64,000 nt of DNA from an uncultured Gammaproteobacteria bacterium (GTDB taxonomy: Bacteria; Patescibacteriota; Microgenomatia; Levybacterales; UBA12049): the NCBI GenBank assembly GCA_964460145.1, contig CAYWPH010000001.1, forward strand, positions 26,579 through 90,578, written 5' to 3'. The notes under the pieces are model-generated. The model worked only from the letters and a program-made list of their open reading frames with translations. It made no database searches and was not told the origin of the DNA. A program made the translations under genes and the position numbers. Position 1 is the first letter of the stretch; each line of letters begins with the position of its first letter. Positions 27,658-36,735 of the stretch are shown one piece after another.

Positions 27658-28991
27658 TTATTCTTAAATTTGGAGGCACATCTGTCAGTAGTACTAAAAG
27701 CCTAAAAACAATAGTAGATATTGTAAAAAGACAAAAAGATAAAAATCCTATTGTCGTAGTCTCAGCTGTTTCTGGTGTAACAGATTTATTACTATCTCTT
27801 TTTAAAAATGAAGGAAATAGAGAAACTATTCTTAAACAAATAGAAAATTTACATTCTAATTTAATAGAAGATTATTATGGAAAAGTTCCAATTGAACAAA
27901 GAGGTTATATTTTAGATTGTTTAAAAAAAGTAAACAAACTTTTAAATGGAAATGTAAATAATTTAGAACTTTGCGATGAAATTATTTCATTTGGAGAAAT
28001 TATGTCTTCATATATCATTGCAAATATATTAAATGGGTCTAATATTAATGCAAGACAAATCATTGCAACTTCATTAATTGTAACCAATGACCATTTTGGT
28101 TCTGCTGAATTTTTACCCAGTGAAACACAACAACAATCTAAAAAAATATTGATACCTCTTGTTAAAAAAGGGATAGTTCCAGTGGTTACTGGTTTTATTG
28201 GTCAAACAAAAAATGGAAAAATTACTACACTTGGAAGAGGCGGATCGGATTATACAGCAGCAATACTTGGATTTTGTCTCTCTGCTAAAGAAATTCAAAT
28301 ATGGACTGACGTAGATGGAATTTTTACTTCTGATCCTAAGCTTATCAAGCAAGCAAAAGTGATTTCAGACGTTTCATATAAAGAGGCCTCAGAGCTTGCT
28401 GCATTTGGCGCAAAAATTCTCCATCCAAGAACAATTCGCCCAGCAATTTCTTCCGGAATTCCAGTTAGAGTTCTAAATACTTTTAATCCAACTGCCAAAG
28501 GGACTATTATTAAAAATAGAGATAGACAAAAAAGTCATATTGTTGCAATAGCATCAAAAAGAAAAATTACACTTGTTACTATTTACTCAACAGATATGCT
28601 CTTGAGTAAAGGATTTTTAGTAAGAGTTTTTTCTATTTTTTCTAAATACAATATTTCAATCGATCTTGTTAGCGTTTCAGAAGTAAGTATATCAGCGTCT
28701 TTAGATAATGATGAAAATTTACAAAATGCTATAAAAGAACTGGAAAAATTTGCAACGATCACAACAACTCGGCAACTTGGAATGATATCTTTAATTGGAG
28801 AAAAAATTGTAAATGTTAAAAATATTTTAAAAGAGATTTTCTCAATTTTAGACAACTCAAACATTGAAGTAAAAATGATTTCTCTTGGCGCAACAGACAT
28901 AAATATTAGTTTAGTTTTACCATCTTTAAAAATAGATAAAAGTGTAAACTTATTACATAAAGCACTAATTAACAAAGGAGAGATTTTATGA
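27654..28991 (+). CDS. lysC: Aspartate kinase with ACT domains
   Basis: LKFGGTSV, VVSA, TTLGRGGSDYTA, WTDVDG, GAKILHP; SD AAGGAGGT. Confidence 0.96.
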   Translation: MIILKFGGTSVSSTKSLKTIVDIVKRQKDKNPIVVVSAVSGVTDLLLSLFKNEGNRETILKQIENLHSNLIEDYYGKVPIEQRGYILDCLKKVNKLLNGNVNNLELCDEIISFGEIMSSYIIANILNGSNINARQIIATSLIVTNDHFGSAEFLPSETQQQSKKILIPLVKKGIVPVVTGFIGQTKNGKITTLGRGGSDYTAAILGFCLSAKEIQIWTDVDGIFTSDPKLIKQAKVISDVSYKEASELAAFGAKILHPRTIRPAISSGIPVRVLNTFNPTAKGTIIKNRDRQKSHIVAIASKRKITLVTIYSTDMLLSKGFLVRVFSIFSKYNISIDLVSVSEVSISASLDNDENLQNAIKELEKFATITTTRQLGMISLIGEKIVNVKNILKEIFSILDNSNIEVKMISLGATDINISLVLPSLKIDKSVNLLHKALINKGEIL

Positions 28992-29737
28992 AAATAGGAT
29001 TGATTGGTTACGGTCACATGGGTCAGGAAATAGAAGCTTTAGTAAAAGAGCAAGGGCATTCTATTACCTCAATCAGTTTTAGAGAGAGAAGCTTAGGTTT
29101 GGATAAAGAGGGAATTAAAAATTCCGATGTGGTTATCGATTTTAGCTCACCTGAAATAATTATTTCTAATATAAAAGCTGTTATGGAGTTAAATAAACCC
29201 ATCGTTATCGGAACAACCGGTTGGTATCAAGACATTAAAAAAGTACAAAAAATTGTAAAACAATATAAAGGAAGTTTAATTTATGGACAGAATTTTTCTA
29301 TTGGCGCAAATATATTTTTCTCTATAGTCTCATATGCAGGTAGTCTTTTATCTCAATACAAAGATTATGATGTTTTTGGTATTGAAACTCACCACAGCGG
29401 TAAAAAAGACAGCCCCAGTGGTACTGCAAGAAAACTAGCTGAAATTATCATGCAAAACTTTCCTTCAAAAACAAAACTTCAATTAGAAAGACTTGATAGA
29501 AAAATACAAAAAGAAGAACTGCATTTTGTATCGGTAAGAGGAGGAAGAAATTTCGGCCGGCATGAAATTGTATTTGATAGTCCAGCTGATGAAATTGTGC
29601 TTACTCATCAGGTTTGGAGTAGAAGAGGTTTTGCACAGGGTGCTTTACTTTCCGCGCAGTTTATTTTGTCAAAAAAAGGCTTTTATAACTTCAACGATAT
29701 TTTTAATAATACAAAAAGGCGGGTGAGAACAAAATGA
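28988..29737 (+). CDS. dapB: 4-hydroxy-tetrahydrodipicolinate reductase
   Basis: GYGHMG, IGTTG, ETHHSGKKDSPSGTA. Confidence 0.96.
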   Translation: MKIGLIGYGHMGQEIEALVKEQGHSITSISFRERSLGLDKEGIKNSDVVIDFSSPEIIISNIKAVMELNKPIVIGTTGWYQDIKKVQKIVKQYKGSLIYGQNFSIGANIFFSIVSYAGSLLSQYKDYDVFGIETHHSGKKDSPSGTARKLAEIIMQNFPSKTKLQLERLDRKIQKEELHFVSVRGGRNFGRHEIVFDSPADEIVLTHQVWSRRGFAQGALLSAQFILSKKGFYNFNDIFNNTKRRVRTK

Positions 29738-30618
29738 AAAAATTTACAGGTGCAATAACAGCTCTTACAACACCTTTTAAAAAAGATGGGTCAATAGATA
29801 TTGAATCTTTAAAATCCTTAGTTAAATTTCAATTAAGGGAAGGTATTGACGGTATTGTTCCTTGCGGTTCAACAGGAGAGGCGGCAACTTTAAATGATGA
29901 AGAATATCAACTCGTTGTAAAAACCGTAGTTGAACAAGTTAACGGTAGAGTACCGGTAATAGCGGGTGCAGGGAGTAACGACACATTAAAAGCAGTTCAT
30001 TTTTCTTTACTTTCCAAAAAAATGGGAGCAGACGCTCTTTTACATGTTACACCATACTACAATAAACCAACTGTAAACGGTTTAGTTGCTCATTACAAAG
30101 CAATTGCTAAAGCAGTTGATATGCCTATTGTTTTATACAATGTTCCTGGAAGAACAGGATTAAATGCATCAGCGGATACAACTTTAAAAATTGCAAAAAA
30201 TGTCCCGCAGGTAGTTGCGGTAAAAGAAGCATCGGGAAATTTAACACAAATGATGGAAATTGTAAAAAAAGCTCCATCTTATTTTAGTGTTTTATCAGGA
30301 GATGATATTTTAACCTTGCCACTTATTAGCGTAGGAGGACACGGTTGTATATCTGTTGTTTCCAATGAGGTTCCAAAATTCTTTAGTCAATTAATTGCTT
30401 ATGCACTGAATGGAGACTTTAAAAAAGCAAAACAAATGCATTACAAACTACTGGATTTAATGAATGTGAACTTTATCGAAACCAATCCTCTTCCTGTTAA
30501 AGCAGCACTTTCTTTAATGGGAAAAATTGAAGAGGTATTTAGGTTGCCTTTAGTTCCAATGGAAGAGAAAAATAAACTTGTACTTAAAGATGTTTTGAGG
30601 GACTTAGATTTAATATGA
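29734..30618 (+). CDS. dapA: 4-hydroxy-tetrahydrodipicolinate synthase
   Basis: GSTGE, PYYNKP, LYNVPGRT, VKEASG, ETNPLPVK. Confidence 0.97.
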   Translation: MKKFTGAITALTTPFKKDGSIDIESLKSLVKFQLREGIDGIVPCGSTGEAATLNDEEYQLVVKTVVEQVNGRVPVIAGAGSNDTLKAVHFSLLSKKMGADALLHVTPYYNKPTVNGLVAHYKAIAKAVDMPIVLYNVPGRTGLNASADTTLKIAKNVPQVVAVKEASGNLTQMMEIVKKAPSYFSVLSGDDILTLPLISVGGHGCISVVSNEVPKFFSQLIAYALNGDFKKAKQMHYKLLDLMNVNFIETNPLPVKAALSLMGKIEEVFRLPLVPMEEKNKLVLKDVLRDLDLI

Positions 30619-31661
30619 GAAAAATATCTGTTGGAATTTTAGGAGCAACCGGAAATGTGGGACAGCGGTTTGTGCAACTTTTGGATAATCATCCGTGGTT
30701 TGAAGTTAAATATCTTTGTGCGTCTGAAAAAAGTTATGGGCAAAGGTATGGAGATATTGTAAATTGGAAAGTTTCTCCAAAAATACCTGAAAACGTAGCT
30801 AGCATGAGGCTTCGTTTATGTGTGCCTAATTTTAAAGCACGGGTTGTATTTTCTGCGCTTGATTCATTAGTTGCCGGTCCAATTGAGGAAGATTTTGCCA
30901 AAAGTGGATACATTGTTATTAGTAATTCCAAAAATCACAGAATGGATAAAGATGTTCCCCTTCTTATTCCAGAAGTAAATCCAGAGCACCTAGATTTAAT
31001 ACCAGTTCAAAGGAAAAGATTAGGAGGGAAAGGTTTTATTGTCACAAACCCAAATTGTACAACGATAGGTCTTACTATGGCGCTTAAACCATTGCAAGAT
31101 GCATTTGGAGTCAGCAAAGTCATAGTCACCACAATGCAGGCATTATCTGGAGCAGGATATCCAGGAGTCCCATCTTTAGATGCAATTGATAATGTAGTGC
31201 CATATATAGGAGATGAAGAAGAAAAAGTTGAAACAGAACCTTTAAAACTACTAGGTAGTTTAGGAAATGGGAAAATAAGCAATGCAAATATTGCAATAAG
31301 TGCACATTGTAATCGTGTTGCAGTTAGGGATGGACATTTAGAATCAGTAACGGTTGAACTAATTAAAAAAGCCGGTATTGAAGAGATTTTAAAAGTTTTT
31401 AGAGATTTTAAAAGTATTCCTCAAAAATTAAATCTTCCATCAGCCCCCCAAAATCCCATTATTGTTCGCATGGAAAATGACAGGCCCCAGCCTGTATTAG
31501 ACAGGGATATAAATAACGGAATGTCGGTAAGTATTGGAAGAGTCAGGCAGTCAAGTATTTTTGATATTAAATTTACTCTTTTGGTCCATAATACTATACG
31601 TGGTGCCGCCGGAGCAGCTATACTAAATGCAGAACTTATGAAAGCAAAAAATATTATTTAA
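30615..31661 (+). CDS. asd: Aspartate-semialdehyde dehydrogenase
   Basis: [31 protein letters not shown]. Confidence 0.97.
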   Translation: MRKISVGILGATGNVGQRFVQLLDNHPWFEVKYLCASEKSYGQRYGDIVNWKVSPKIPENVASMRLRLCVPNFKARVVFSALDSLVAGPIEEDFAKSGYIVISNSKNHRMDKDVPLLIPEVNPEHLDLIPVQRKRLGGKGFIVTNPNCTTIGLTMALKPLQDAFGVSKVIVTTMQALSGAGYPGVPSLDAIDNVVPYIGDEEEKVETEPLKLLGSLGNGKISNANIAISAHCNRVAVRDGHLESVTVELIKKAGIEEILKVFRDFKSIPQKLNLPSAPQNPIIVRMENDRPQPVLDRDINNGMSVSIGRVRQSSIFDIKFTLLVHNTIRGAAGAAILNAELMKAKNII

Positions 31662-31670
31662 AAAACATTA

Positions 31671-31699
31671 TTGACAATTTTAGTCCTATAATATAAAAT
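31671..31699 (+). promoter_or_regulatory. Sigma70 promoter of the second leader
   Basis: TTGACA-17 nt-TAAAAT. Confidence 0.75.
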
Positions 31700-31708
31700 T
31701 ACAATATT

Positions 31709-31780
31709 ATGAATTATATCTTTAATTTAGTAAATAAAGAGACAAAAAAGAACCTCTTAACGAGGGGATTTGTCTTGTAA
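31709..31780 (+). CDS. Leader peptide 2, MNYIFNLVNKETKKNLLTRGFVL (putative Lys attenuator)
   Basis: Lys at 10, 13, 14; shares KKNLxxRGFVL in the same register as leader 1. Confidence 0.75.
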   Translation: MNYIFNLVNKETKKNLLTRGFVL

Positions 31781-31804
31781 TAAATTTAATTAATGAAACA
31801 GGAT

Positions 31805-31828
31805 AAGCCCCTCTTCGAGGGGTTTTTT
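31805..31828 (+). terminator. Attenuator terminator 2
   Basis: AAGCCCCTC-TTC-GAGGGGTTT followed by a T run; 5' arm can alternatively pair with GAGGGGATTTGTCTTG. Confidence 0.8.
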
Positions 31829-31840
31829 AGTGAAAAAAAT

Positions 31841-32857
31841 ATGAGAGAAAGGTTATCTTTTCAGTATCGGGAAAGTGAAAATGCCGACTTTATTGCATGG
31901 CAATTTAATTCTTGTGGTTCAGTATATACGGCAGCTGCCATAGACAATAATAGAGTTCTTGTTGGAGGAAGTCTTTGGCAAAGAAAATTTGTTCCGTTTT
32001 CCGATGATTCAAGAACGCAGCAGGGAGTAGTGCAAGCTGTTGGTGGTCAAGAATGGCATCCAGAAACAATAAAGTTTTCTTCGATGGTAAATTCTGTCTT
32101 GCCTTTTAGGGACAGATACATTGTTTGTTGTAAATATGGAGAACAAGCATATAGCGTTATAGGTCAAGATCTGCAAGTTCAAAAAACCGCAGATGATTCA
32201 AGAGGTAATGGTGTTTATAACGCTTTGATTACTAGCGAAGAAGAGCTTGTTTCTGCAGTTAGAAATGGCGGCTTGTCATTTCGTAATCCATTTACTCTTG
32301 ACTTAATTGATTATGTTAGCTTATCCGGAAATGTGCGTTTATGGTCAGTGGCTCAACTGCTGGAAGGCAGGTTGATTGCTGGAGATTACGCGGGTATGAT
32401 TTATATAGTTAAAGATGGGAAATTAGAATCTGTATTTAATCTTGGTAATCAGTCAAGACAAGAAGTGCCTGAATTTCAGCAAAGATTCGAGCCGTCTGTA
32501 TTTGGACTTTCAGTATCAGACGCGGGAAATGTAGCAGCTGCGGTTAGATGGGGAGGTATATACTGGTTTAATCGGGAAATGGAGCTTGAGAGGTCTTTAA
32601 TTATTCCACATGAGATATCAACTGTTGAGTATGTTCCCGAGTCAGAGGATCTTTTAATTGGAACAAGATCCGGGTCTCTTTTGCACTTAAGAGATTTAGA
32701 CAATGAAATAATGCTTACAAGATTATTATCTATAAAACCGGCTTTGCAAAATGATAACTCTATTTGGTCTATTTCTTTTGATCTAGATAAAAGGCCAATT
32801 GTTGCTTTTGCAGATGGGCAAGTAATAAAAATTAGTCAATTAGCGCAAAGAGATTAG
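31841..32857 (+). CDS. Hypothetical protein, WD40/beta-propeller-like
   Basis: Repeated blade-like segments (LWSV..LIAGDYAGMIY, LLIGTRSGSL, IWSISFD..AFADGQV); start placed after the terminator. Confidence 0.65.
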   Translation: MRERLSFQYRESENADFIAWQFNSCGSVYTAAAIDNNRVLVGGSLWQRKFVPFSDDSRTQQGVVQAVGGQEWHPETIKFSSMVNSVLPFRDRYIVCCKYGEQAYSVIGQDLQVQKTADDSRGNGVYNALITSEEELVSAVRNGGLSFRNPFTLDLIDYVSLSGNVRLWSVAQLLEGRLIAGDYAGMIYIVKDGKLESVFNLGNQSRQEVPEFQQRFEPSVFGLSVSDAGNVAAAVRWGGIYWFNREMELERSLIIPHEISTVEYVPESEDLLIGTRSGSLLHLRDLDNEIMLTRLLSIKPALQNDNSIWSISFDLDKRPIVAFADGQVIKISQLAQRD

Positions 32858-32902
32858 ATTTATCTTTATTCTTTGCAAACGAATAGGTATAATAATAACA
32901 TT

Positions 32903-34429
32903 ATGTTTTGGGCAGATAAAACAGCAGACGAAATAATAAAATCGGGAAAATATAAACCATATTGGGTTGACGACATGAAAACCCCATCTGGCAGAGTTCA
33001 TGTGGGAGCTTTACGTGGAGTAGTAGTTCATGATCTTGTATACAAAGCACTTCTTAAAAAAGGAGTAAAAGCAAAATACACATATGTTTTTGAAGACCAC
33101 GACCCAATGGATGATATACCATCATATTTAGATAGGGAAAAATTTGAGCAGTATTTAGGTATGCCTCTTTTTAAAATTCCCTCCCCGGTTGAAGGATTTG
33201 AGAATTATGCGAGATATTACGCAGCAGATTTTCAAAAAGTATTCAATGCAATAGGATGTGAGCCGGAAATTATTTGGACTAAAGACTTATACACAAGCGG
33301 AAAAATTAATCCAATGATTAAAGATGTTTTGGATAACGCAGCTGAAATTAGAAAAATATATGAAGAAATGTATGATAAAAAATTGCCAGATAACTGGTAT
33401 CCGTTTCAATTGTATTGTCCAAATTGCGGTAAGGTTTCAACAACCCAAGTTTCCGATTGGGACGGAGAGCTAGTTACCTTTGAATGTCTGGTAGATAAAG
33501 TGAAATGGACAAAAGGCTGCGGGGAAAAGGGAAAAGCCTCGCCATTTAGCAGTGAGAAAGGAATTGTCGGAAAACTTGTTTGGAAAGTTGATTGGCCAGC
33601 AAAATGGAAAGCAATAGGAATAACGATTGAGGGAGCAGGAAAAGATCATATGTCCAAAGGAGGATCACATGATTTAGCAAGTCAAGTTTGCAAAAGAGTT
33701 CTGCATTACCCTATTCCTTATCCAATACCTTATGAGTGGATTTTAATTGGTGGTCGAAAAATGTCTTCTTCCAAAGGAGTGGGAATTGTAGCCTCAGACA
33801 TGCTTGAAATTCTGCCTCCAGAATTAATTCGATTTTTAATTGTAAGAATTAAAGTAAATACACAGATTAATTTTGATCCTGCAGAACCCAATACAATTGC
33901 AAATCTATTTGATGATTATCAAAAGTCGGCTGATGCATATTTCAATAAAGGAGATAGTGATCTTGCCCGAATTTTTGAACTTTCACAAATTGAAGGAAAA
34001 ATTAAACATCCTCCATCTGTTAGATTTTCACTTCTAACGCAATGGGTGCAGATGCACAATATGGAAGAAGAAATTAAAAAAAATAATTTAGGGGACTGGG
34101 TAGTATATGCAAAAAACTGGGTAGAAAAATATGCGCCTGAAAGTGAAAGATTTACTGTGCAAAAAGATACGCCATCACAAGTTAGTAAGTTGTCCAACGA
34201 ACAAAGAAAAGCTCTAAAGCAAATTGCAGATAGCCTTGATAAAAAATGGACACCCGAAGAATTGCAAACGAGAGTTTACGATATAGGAAAAAATTTAGGC
34301 TTAAACGGCAAACAAACTTTTGCGGCAATTTATCTATCTCTGCTTGGAAAAGACCATGGTCCAAAAGCGGCGTGGTTGATACTATCTTTGGAGAAAGAGT
34401 TTGTTAAAAAAAGATTTAATGAGGTCTAG
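32903..34429 (+). CDS. lysS: Lysine-tRNA ligase, class I
   Basis: FWAD, TPSGRVHVG (HIGH-like), CPNCGK, WKVDWPAKW, GKDH, KMSSSKG. Confidence 0.95.
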   Translation: MFWADKTADEIIKSGKYKPYWVDDMKTPSGRVHVGALRGVVVHDLVYKALLKKGVKAKYTYVFEDHDPMDDIPSYLDREKFEQYLGMPLFKIPSPVEGFENYARYYAADFQKVFNAIGCEPEIIWTKDLYTSGKINPMIKDVLDNAAEIRKIYEEMYDKKLPDNWYPFQLYCPNCGKVSTTQVSDWDGELVTFECLVDKVKWTKGCGEKGKASPFSSEKGIVGKLVWKVDWPAKWKAIGITIEGAGKDHMSKGGSHDLASQVCKRVLHYPIPYPIPYEWILIGGRKMSSSKGVGIVASDMLEILPPELIRFLIVRIKVNTQINFDPAEPNTIANLFDDYQKSADAYFNKGDSDLARIFELSQIEGKIKHPPSVRFSLLTQWVQMHNMEEEIKKNNLGDWVVYAKNWVEKYAPESERFTVQKDTPSQVSKLSNEQRKALKQIADSLDKKWTPEELQTRVYDIGKNLGLNGKQTFAAIYLSLLGKDHGPKAAWLILSLEKEFVKKRFNEV

Positions 34430-34580
34430 TTCTGGAATTCCTACGAGTATAATTAAATATCCTGCGTCCCCGATCATTCATTCTTTTTAGGCGTATAGTT
34501 TCTTCAAATCCCGCATGCGCTCTTTCGGGTTTTGTAGTTGCTGGATTTGTTTTCTTTTTTAATGTTTCATTATTACTCAT
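34416..34580 (-). CDS. Small basic hypothetical protein (54 aa)
   Basis: ORF fills the lysS-rdgB gap; TGGTATTAT (-10-like) shortly upstream of ATG 34580. Confidence 0.4.
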   Translation of the reverse strand: MSNNETLKKKTNPATTKPERAHAGFEETIRLKRMNDRGRRIFNYTRRNSRTRPH

Positions 34581-34632
34581 AGCAATAAATAATACCATTT
34601 TAGCTTTTGTACGGCAATGGTATACTGTTTTT

Positions 34633-35196
34633 ATGAAAAAGATTTTTGTAGCAACTGGAAATAAAGGTAAAGTAGGTGAAATTTCTGATATATTACAAAT
34701 TCCTCTTGAATTTGCAGATATAGAAATTGATGAAGTTCAAAGTATGGATTTGGAATATGTAGCACGACAAAAGGCAAAGGAAGCATTCAAAATACTAAAA
34801 AAACCAGTAATAGTTGATGATGTGGGTGTTTATATAGAAGCTTGGAATTCGTTTCCCGGACCTTTTGTAAAATATGCTCATGTACTTTTAGGTAATAAAA
34901 AAATTCTAGACCTTTTAAAAAATGAAAAAAACAGAAAAGTTATTGTTCAAAGTGCGGTTGCATATCACGATGGAACAAAAATCCACACATTTATAGGAAC
35001 AGTTAAAGGCACTCTTTCCTTTGAAGAAAAAGGGAAAGAAGGTTGGGGATTTGATCCAATTATTATTCCTTTTGGGGAAAAGTTAACCTTTGGAGAAATG
35101 GGCATTAAAAGAAAAAACCAAGTTTCACATAGAGCAAAAGCGCTAGATAAATTTAAAAAATTTTTAGATAGTCAAAAGCAAAAAAAAGAGATATAA
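34633..35196 (+). CDS. rdgB: Non-canonical purine NTP pyrophosphatase (RdgB/HAM1)
   Basis: ATGNKGK, FPGPFVK, GWGFDPI, SHRAKA. Confidence 0.94.
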   Translation: MKKIFVATGNKGKVGEISDILQIPLEFADIEIDEVQSMDLEYVARQKAKEAFKILKKPVIVDDVGVYIEAWNSFPGPFVKYAHVLLGNKKILDLLKNEKNRKVIVQSAVAYHDGTKIHTFIGTVKGTLSFEEKGKEGWGFDPIIIPFGEKLTFGEMGIKRKNQVSHRAKALDKFKKFLDSQKQKKEI

Positions 35197-35203
35197 TCTA
35201 CTC

Positions 35204-36427
35204 ATGCTTGATATAAAATTTATTAGAGAAAATCCAGATTTAATCTTAAAAAAGGCAAAAGATAAGGGGATAGAAGTTAATATTGAACACGTATTGGAGC
35301 TTGATAGTAAGCTTAGGGGTCTGGATACTATGGTTCAATCTCTTCGAGAAGAAAGAAATAGGACTGCAAAAGAAAAAAACATTGAAAAGGGTAAGGAAAT
35401 AAAAGTAAAGCTTGAGAAGGAGGAAAATGCATTCAATGCAATTAGAGAAGAATTAAACAGATACCTTTTACAAATTCCAAATCCTGCAAAAGACGATGTG
35501 AAGGTTGGAAAGAATGATAGCGAGAATGAAGTTTTAAGAAAAGTAGGAGACCCTACTAAATTTGATTTTACCCCCAAAGACCATCTTAACTTAGGAGAAA
35601 AACTAGATATTATTGACGTGGCTAGAGCTTCCAAGATATCAGGTGCAAGATTTTATTTTTTGAAAAATGATGGCGCTCTTTTAGAATTTGCCCTAAGACA
35701 ACTTGCTTTTGATATTCTCTTAAAAGAAGGTTTCATTCCTTTGGTTCCACCGGTTTTAATTAAAACAGAAATAATGAAAGGACTGGGATACATGGAAAAT
35801 GGTGGAGATGAGGATATGTATATTTTGGATAAGGATGATCTAGTTTTAGTTGGAACAAGTGAACAATCTATTGTTGCAATGCATAAAGATGAAGTCTTAA
35901 ATCTAAAAGATCTTCCTAAAAGATATGTAGGTTTTTCTACTTGTTTTAGAAGGGAAGCAGGGAGTTATGGAAAAGATACAAGAGGAATTTTAAGAGCTCA
36001 TCAGTTTGATAAAGTTGAAATGGTTTCTTTTACAAGCCAAGGAGAAGATGATAGAGAGCATGAATACCTTTTGTCAATTGAGGAAAAATTACTTCAGGCA
36101 TTGGGTATCCCATATCAGGTTGTAAAGATGTGTAGCGGTGATTTAGGTTATCCAGCAGCCAGAAAGTATGATCTTGAAGCCTGGATTCCTTCAGAAAATA
36201 AATATAGAGAGGTTACCTCAACATCTACAACAACAGATTTTCAAGCAAGAAGACTCAATATTAAATATCAAGATGGAAACGAAAAAAAGTATGTAAATAT
36301 TTTAAACGGTACAGCTTTTTCTACAAGACCAATTATTGCTATTTTAGAAAATTATCAAAAGGAAGATGGTTCTATAAAAGTTCCTGAGGTTTTGCAAAAA
36401 TATATGGGTAAAAGCGTAATAAAATAG
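35204..36427 (+). CDS. serS: Serine-tRNA ligase
   Basis: MLDIKFIREN, GTSE, CFRREAG, HQFDKVE, DFQARRL. Confidence 0.98.
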   Translation: MLDIKFIRENPDLILKKAKDKGIEVNIEHVLELDSKLRGLDTMVQSLREERNRTAKEKNIEKGKEIKVKLEKEENAFNAIREELNRYLLQIPNPAKDDVKVGKNDSENEVLRKVGDPTKFDFTPKDHLNLGEKLDIIDVARASKISGARFYFLKNDGALLEFALRQLAFDILLKEGFIPLVPPVLIKTEIMKGLGYMENGGDEDMYILDKDDLVLVGTSEQSIVAMHKDEVLNLKDLPKRYVGFSTCFRREAGSYGKDTRGILRAHQFDKVEMVSFTSQGEDDREHEYLLSIEEKLLQALGIPYQVVKMCSGDLGYPAARKYDLEAWIPSENKYREVTSTSTTTDFQARRLNIKYQDGNEKKYVNILNGTAFSTRPIIAILENYQKEDGSIKVPEVLQKYMGKSVIK

Positions 36428-36498
36428 TAATAATTAGCCTCATTAATTTTTATTGCTAAATCAACCAAAAGTCTCCATTTTGAAGCAGGGAAAATTTC

Positions 36499-36530
36499 TT
36501 GACATTGTAATAAAAATATTACAATATAAA
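36499..36530 (+). promoter_or_regulatory. Promoter-like region overlapped by a perfect inverted repeat
   Basis: TTGACA at 36499; ATTGTAATA-AAAA-TATTACAAT (36504-36525); -10 candidates TACAAT or TATAAA at non-ideal spacing. Confidence 0.5.
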
Positions 36531-36595
36531 ACTAATTAACGTTCCTCACTAATTTAGTGAACGAATTTATAAATTAAAAGGGAGGTGAATTGACA

Positions 36596-36625
36596 ATGGC
36601 AAAGAAAAAGAAGAAGAAGAAATAG
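36596..36625 (+). CDS. Poly-lysine micropeptide MAKKKKKKK
   Basis: GGAGGTGA 7 nt before ATG GCA AAG AAA AAG AAG AAG AAG AAA TAG. Confidence 0.65.
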   Translation: MAKKKKKKK

Positions 36626-36675
36626 TTGGTAAGCAATTTGGAGCATTACCAATTATTACCAATTGATCAATTGGT

Positions 36676-36707
36676 GTCCCTCACCCTAGTGGTGAGGGAT
36701 TTTTTTT
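36676..36707 (+). terminator. Rho-independent terminator after the micropeptide
   Basis: TCCCTCACC-CTAGT-GGTGAGGGA followed by T8. Confidence 0.88.
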
Positions 36708-36735
36708 GAGGCTGATTTATGTTAAGATTAAATGT

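Noticed and set aside
31793-31840. ORF-track start at 31793 for the propeller gene
   Set aside because: The first 16 codons run through the attenuator terminator; ATG 31841 is more plausible
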